Source: Trypethelium eluteriae (Eukaryota). From it: DNA of 32,410 bases. This document shows, in pieces, positions 29,860 through 32,410 of the stretch. A program made the position numbers and the translations under genes. Positions within the stretch are counted from its first letter, which is position 1. Each line of letters starts with the position of its first letter. The notes beneath the pieces are model-generated. The model saw only the letters and a program-made list of their open reading frames with translations. It had not been told where the DNA came from and ran no database searches. The DNA lies in contig JAVECL010000260.1 in assembly GCA_051942245.1 (NCBI GenBank), positions 1-32,410 on the forward strand, in the 5' to 3' direction.

Positions 29860-32410
29860 ATGGTGCCCAAACTGTGGACTTCGTTCGTTTGGTGTCTTTT
29901 ATGCTCCTCAGGACAATGCCAATCACACGCTTGGCAAAGGCCTAGGAATTTGGAGCATTGTATGTGTGATCCTGATGTACCCCGTGCTTGAAGCATTCGG
30001 CTGCTAATCGCCATCCGAACAAATAGCCCAGAGTTCGAATGCCACGTCCGTTATACCGTCTTCACCTACGTCTCCATCTTCACTGAACTCTCCGACGTCT
30101 TCGAGCTCTTCAACCAGTTCAGCTACCGTGCTCCAGAGCTATGGGAGCTCTTCAGGATCTAGCAGTGGATCGAGTACCCAAGGCGTTGCATCGACGAGTG
30201 CCTTCACTTCGTCAACTATTAGTAGCGAATTGAGCACTCAGAGTGTCTCATTGACAAGCGCCTCCAGTCTTTCTAGACATGCTACCAACATTTCCTCAAC
30301 CACAGAAGCGGAGACATCTACGACAGCTGACTCCATTTCCAAAGAGGGGACCACCGATGGAGCTTCTGGCGGACGCTCCACCATTGTGAAGCCTATCCCA
30401 CCAATCACGACGGGTACTCCTGGCTTCACGAGCCTGCTTTCTAATACAAATACTTCTTTAGTTCAACCCACGCAACCTAGCAGTCACCTCCCCAGCCTTA
30501 ATTCGAACGCAAATTCTTCTTCGTTGCAATATACCCAGACCAGTAGCTCCCTCTCGAGCCTTATTTCTAACACGAATAATTCATCTCAGTACATACAGAC
30601 TAGCAGCCACCTCCCAACCATTTCCAGCAGCAGCAGTAATACTTCAATCGCTACTCATAGCAATGCAATTTCCGCCTCAAACCATCCCACCCAAGCAAAT
30701 GCATCAATCACGAGTCATCAATCTTCCAGCTCGCAGCCGACTGCGGTGCACACGAAAACCCCTCCGCACATCAAGAAAATCAATTCAACCATTTCTGCTA
30801 ACCAGACCTGTGGCGGGGGATGTACAGTCAACATCCCTGATGCTCAACTCAAGTACTGGTGGCCTGGCGCATACACCTACGCAGCTTCAAGTCTTGAAGT
30901 GGCAAAGAACAGCAGGGGAGTCCCCACGGCTTATTCTCTCGTGTCTGTAGATGACCCCTTGAACGTGACTGCTCTCATTTCACGGGACGGCCACAGCACG
31001 GTCACAACCACCGATGTTGCGAACAACTATACCTTTAATTTTGAACAGCCATTTTTCACGCCGGCGCCTGTTGCTGCTTCAACCTCCGTCGTCTCCAGGA
31101 ACATCATGTCACCGATACCGACATCTAGCCATGTCAATCCAACCAACACTACGCTCTCAATTCCTGCATTGGTTATCACTACGCCCCCTCCGGCAACTGC
31201 AGTCATCACAGGACCCAGAGGCCATACGGATTTCACTGCCACATCATCACACGCTTTCCTCTACTTTTCCCGGTACGAAGTAGAGGTCGACCACAAGTTT
31301 ACAGATGCCGACGGCAAAGTTCAATGCAGCAAGAGCACTCAATCTTACCGCCTTTCCTCACTACTCGTTCACGACGTTAGAGGTGATCCCAATGGCATCC
31401 CAACAGTCACAGGAGAAGTCCTCTCACAACTTATCCACAAACTACCACAGTCAACATGTGTACCTGGCACCTGGACCGCGGAGCCCACTGTCATTGTCGT
31501 CGTCGACATCACTTATTATGCTATGCAACCATTTGTACCAAGGCCAATCCCTCCTATGACAACGGCGACCCATCTTGATCTTCCCACTGGCGCCTGCCCA
31601 GCTTGCAACTTTGTCGGACATGTCGGCACCAGTCAAACTCAACTCAGTGGCCCCAGCTCCACAGCCGCCCTTTGGACACCTTCTCAATGGCTCACACACG
31701 GCATCCCGCCCTTCGCAGCGCTCATCGCCCACTACGAATCTTCAGCGCTCAGCCTAGAAGGCCCGACCACCGTTTCTGCTGGATCTCCACCCACGAACTC
31801 TCCGCTCGTCGCACATCTGGGGAGCTCCGCACTGACAATCATCCCCGATGCGCCGGTCACGTCGGCGACGGTGACCCTTCGCGGCGTTCCCGTCCCTGCC
31901 ACCCTAGACACCACCATTGGCGTCAAATCCACCCCTGCCTCTGCTGCGGCCAAGGGCCCTGGCAAAGGCGGTCAGGCAGCGAACACAGGAAGCGCTGGCT
32001 CCAATCCTGCTGGTGGTGTTCTCGGGGCCCTGGGCCAAGGCAGCTCCTCTGGAAAGTCGGGCTCGGCTGCTGGCGGTGGTGTCGTGGGTGCGCTCGGCCA
32101 AGGCAGCTCTTCCGGAAAGTCCGGCTCAGCTGCTGCCGGTGGTGTCGTCGGTGCCCTGGGCCAAGGCGGCTCTTCGGGGAAGTCGGGCTCTGCAGCTGGT
32201 GGCAATGTGGTAGGTGCTGTTGGTCAAGGGGGATCTTCAGGGAAGTCTGGCTCGGCTGCTGGTGGGAACATCGTTGGTGTCCTCGGATCAGGCCCTGGAT
32301 CGAACAGTGGCGGGAGCGGTGCTGGGAGCGGTGCTGGGGGCGGCTCCAACGGGGGTGGGTCAGGAGGAAGCAGCGGCAGTGGTGCCGGCGGCAGTAGCGG
32401 CGGGGGCAGT
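29860..32410 (+). CDS. Secreted mucin/adhesin-like cell-surface protein (Ser/Thr-rich stalk, Cys-containing domain, Gly/Ser/Ala repeats), truncated by the window end; exons 29860-29959, 30027->32410
   Basis: ATG 29860 gives the signal-like MVPKLWTSFVWCLLCSSGQC. Intron GTATGT(29960)…GCTAAT…TAG(30026) joins in phase to a frame I read with no stop through 32410 (>820 aa in total), containing many N-x-S/T sequons. It is missing from the ORF track because it has no stop in the window. Confidence 0.85.
30431..30616 (+). repeat. ~63-bp (21-aa) degenerate repeat x3 in the Ser/Thr stalk
   Basis: SLLSNTNTSLVQPTQPSSHLP / SLNSNANSSSLQYTQTSSSLS / SLISNTNNSSQYIQTSSHLP. Confidence 0.75.
32012..32293 (+). 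repeat. 63-bp (21-aa) coding tandem repeat, ~4.5 copies, consensus GGVVGALGQGSSSGKSGSAAG
   Basis: Units start at 32012, 32075, 32138, 32201 and 32264. Amino acids are nearly identical while third codon positions differ. Confidence 0.92.

Noticed and set aside
32012..32293. Regular repeats as a CRISPR array or mobile element
   Set aside because: These are contiguous coding repeats without unique spacers, in a eukaryotic context with no cas or transposase genes.
31603..32397. 264-aa Cys/Arg/Trp-rich repeat ORF and the antisense AEPDFPEELPW repeat ORF
   Set aside because: Both are alternative-frame shadows of the Gly/Ser repeat. Variation between repeat units is synonymous only in the mucin frame.

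Overview
Gene-dense, intron-containing chromosomal DNA from a filamentous ascomycete (Pezizomycotina; the class cannot be fixed from sequence alone). Introns are GT-AG, about 50-170 bp, with CTAAC/CTGAC-type branch points. I reconstructed spliced models by hand for 11 protein-coding genes. In order: the 3' end of a hypothetical gene (+); a ~1800-aa disordered/coiled-coil protein (-); an ACC-synthase-like PLP aminotransferase (+); the mitochondrial i-AAA protease YME1 (+); a GH76 Dfg5/Dcw1-family enzyme (+); a C2-domain Inn1/Fic1-like cytokinesis protein (-) head-to-head with a Uds1-domain coiled-coil protein (+); a small hydrophilic 3-exon protein (-); the cell-wall-integrity MAP kinase Slt2/MpkA (-); a single-pass membrane pepsin-fold protein with degenerate catalytic motifs (-); and, divergent from it, a secreted Ser/Thr-rich, Gly-repeat mucin-like gene that runs off the window and is absent from the ORF track (+). 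I saw no tRNA, rRNA, transposon or CRISPR. The most notable points are the receptor-like pseudo-protease/mucin pair beside the MAPK, the local concentration of cell-wall and septation genes, several stop-free 3n introns, and an abrupt C-rich to G-rich strand switch inside the Uds1 gene. All functional links between genes are hypotheses.
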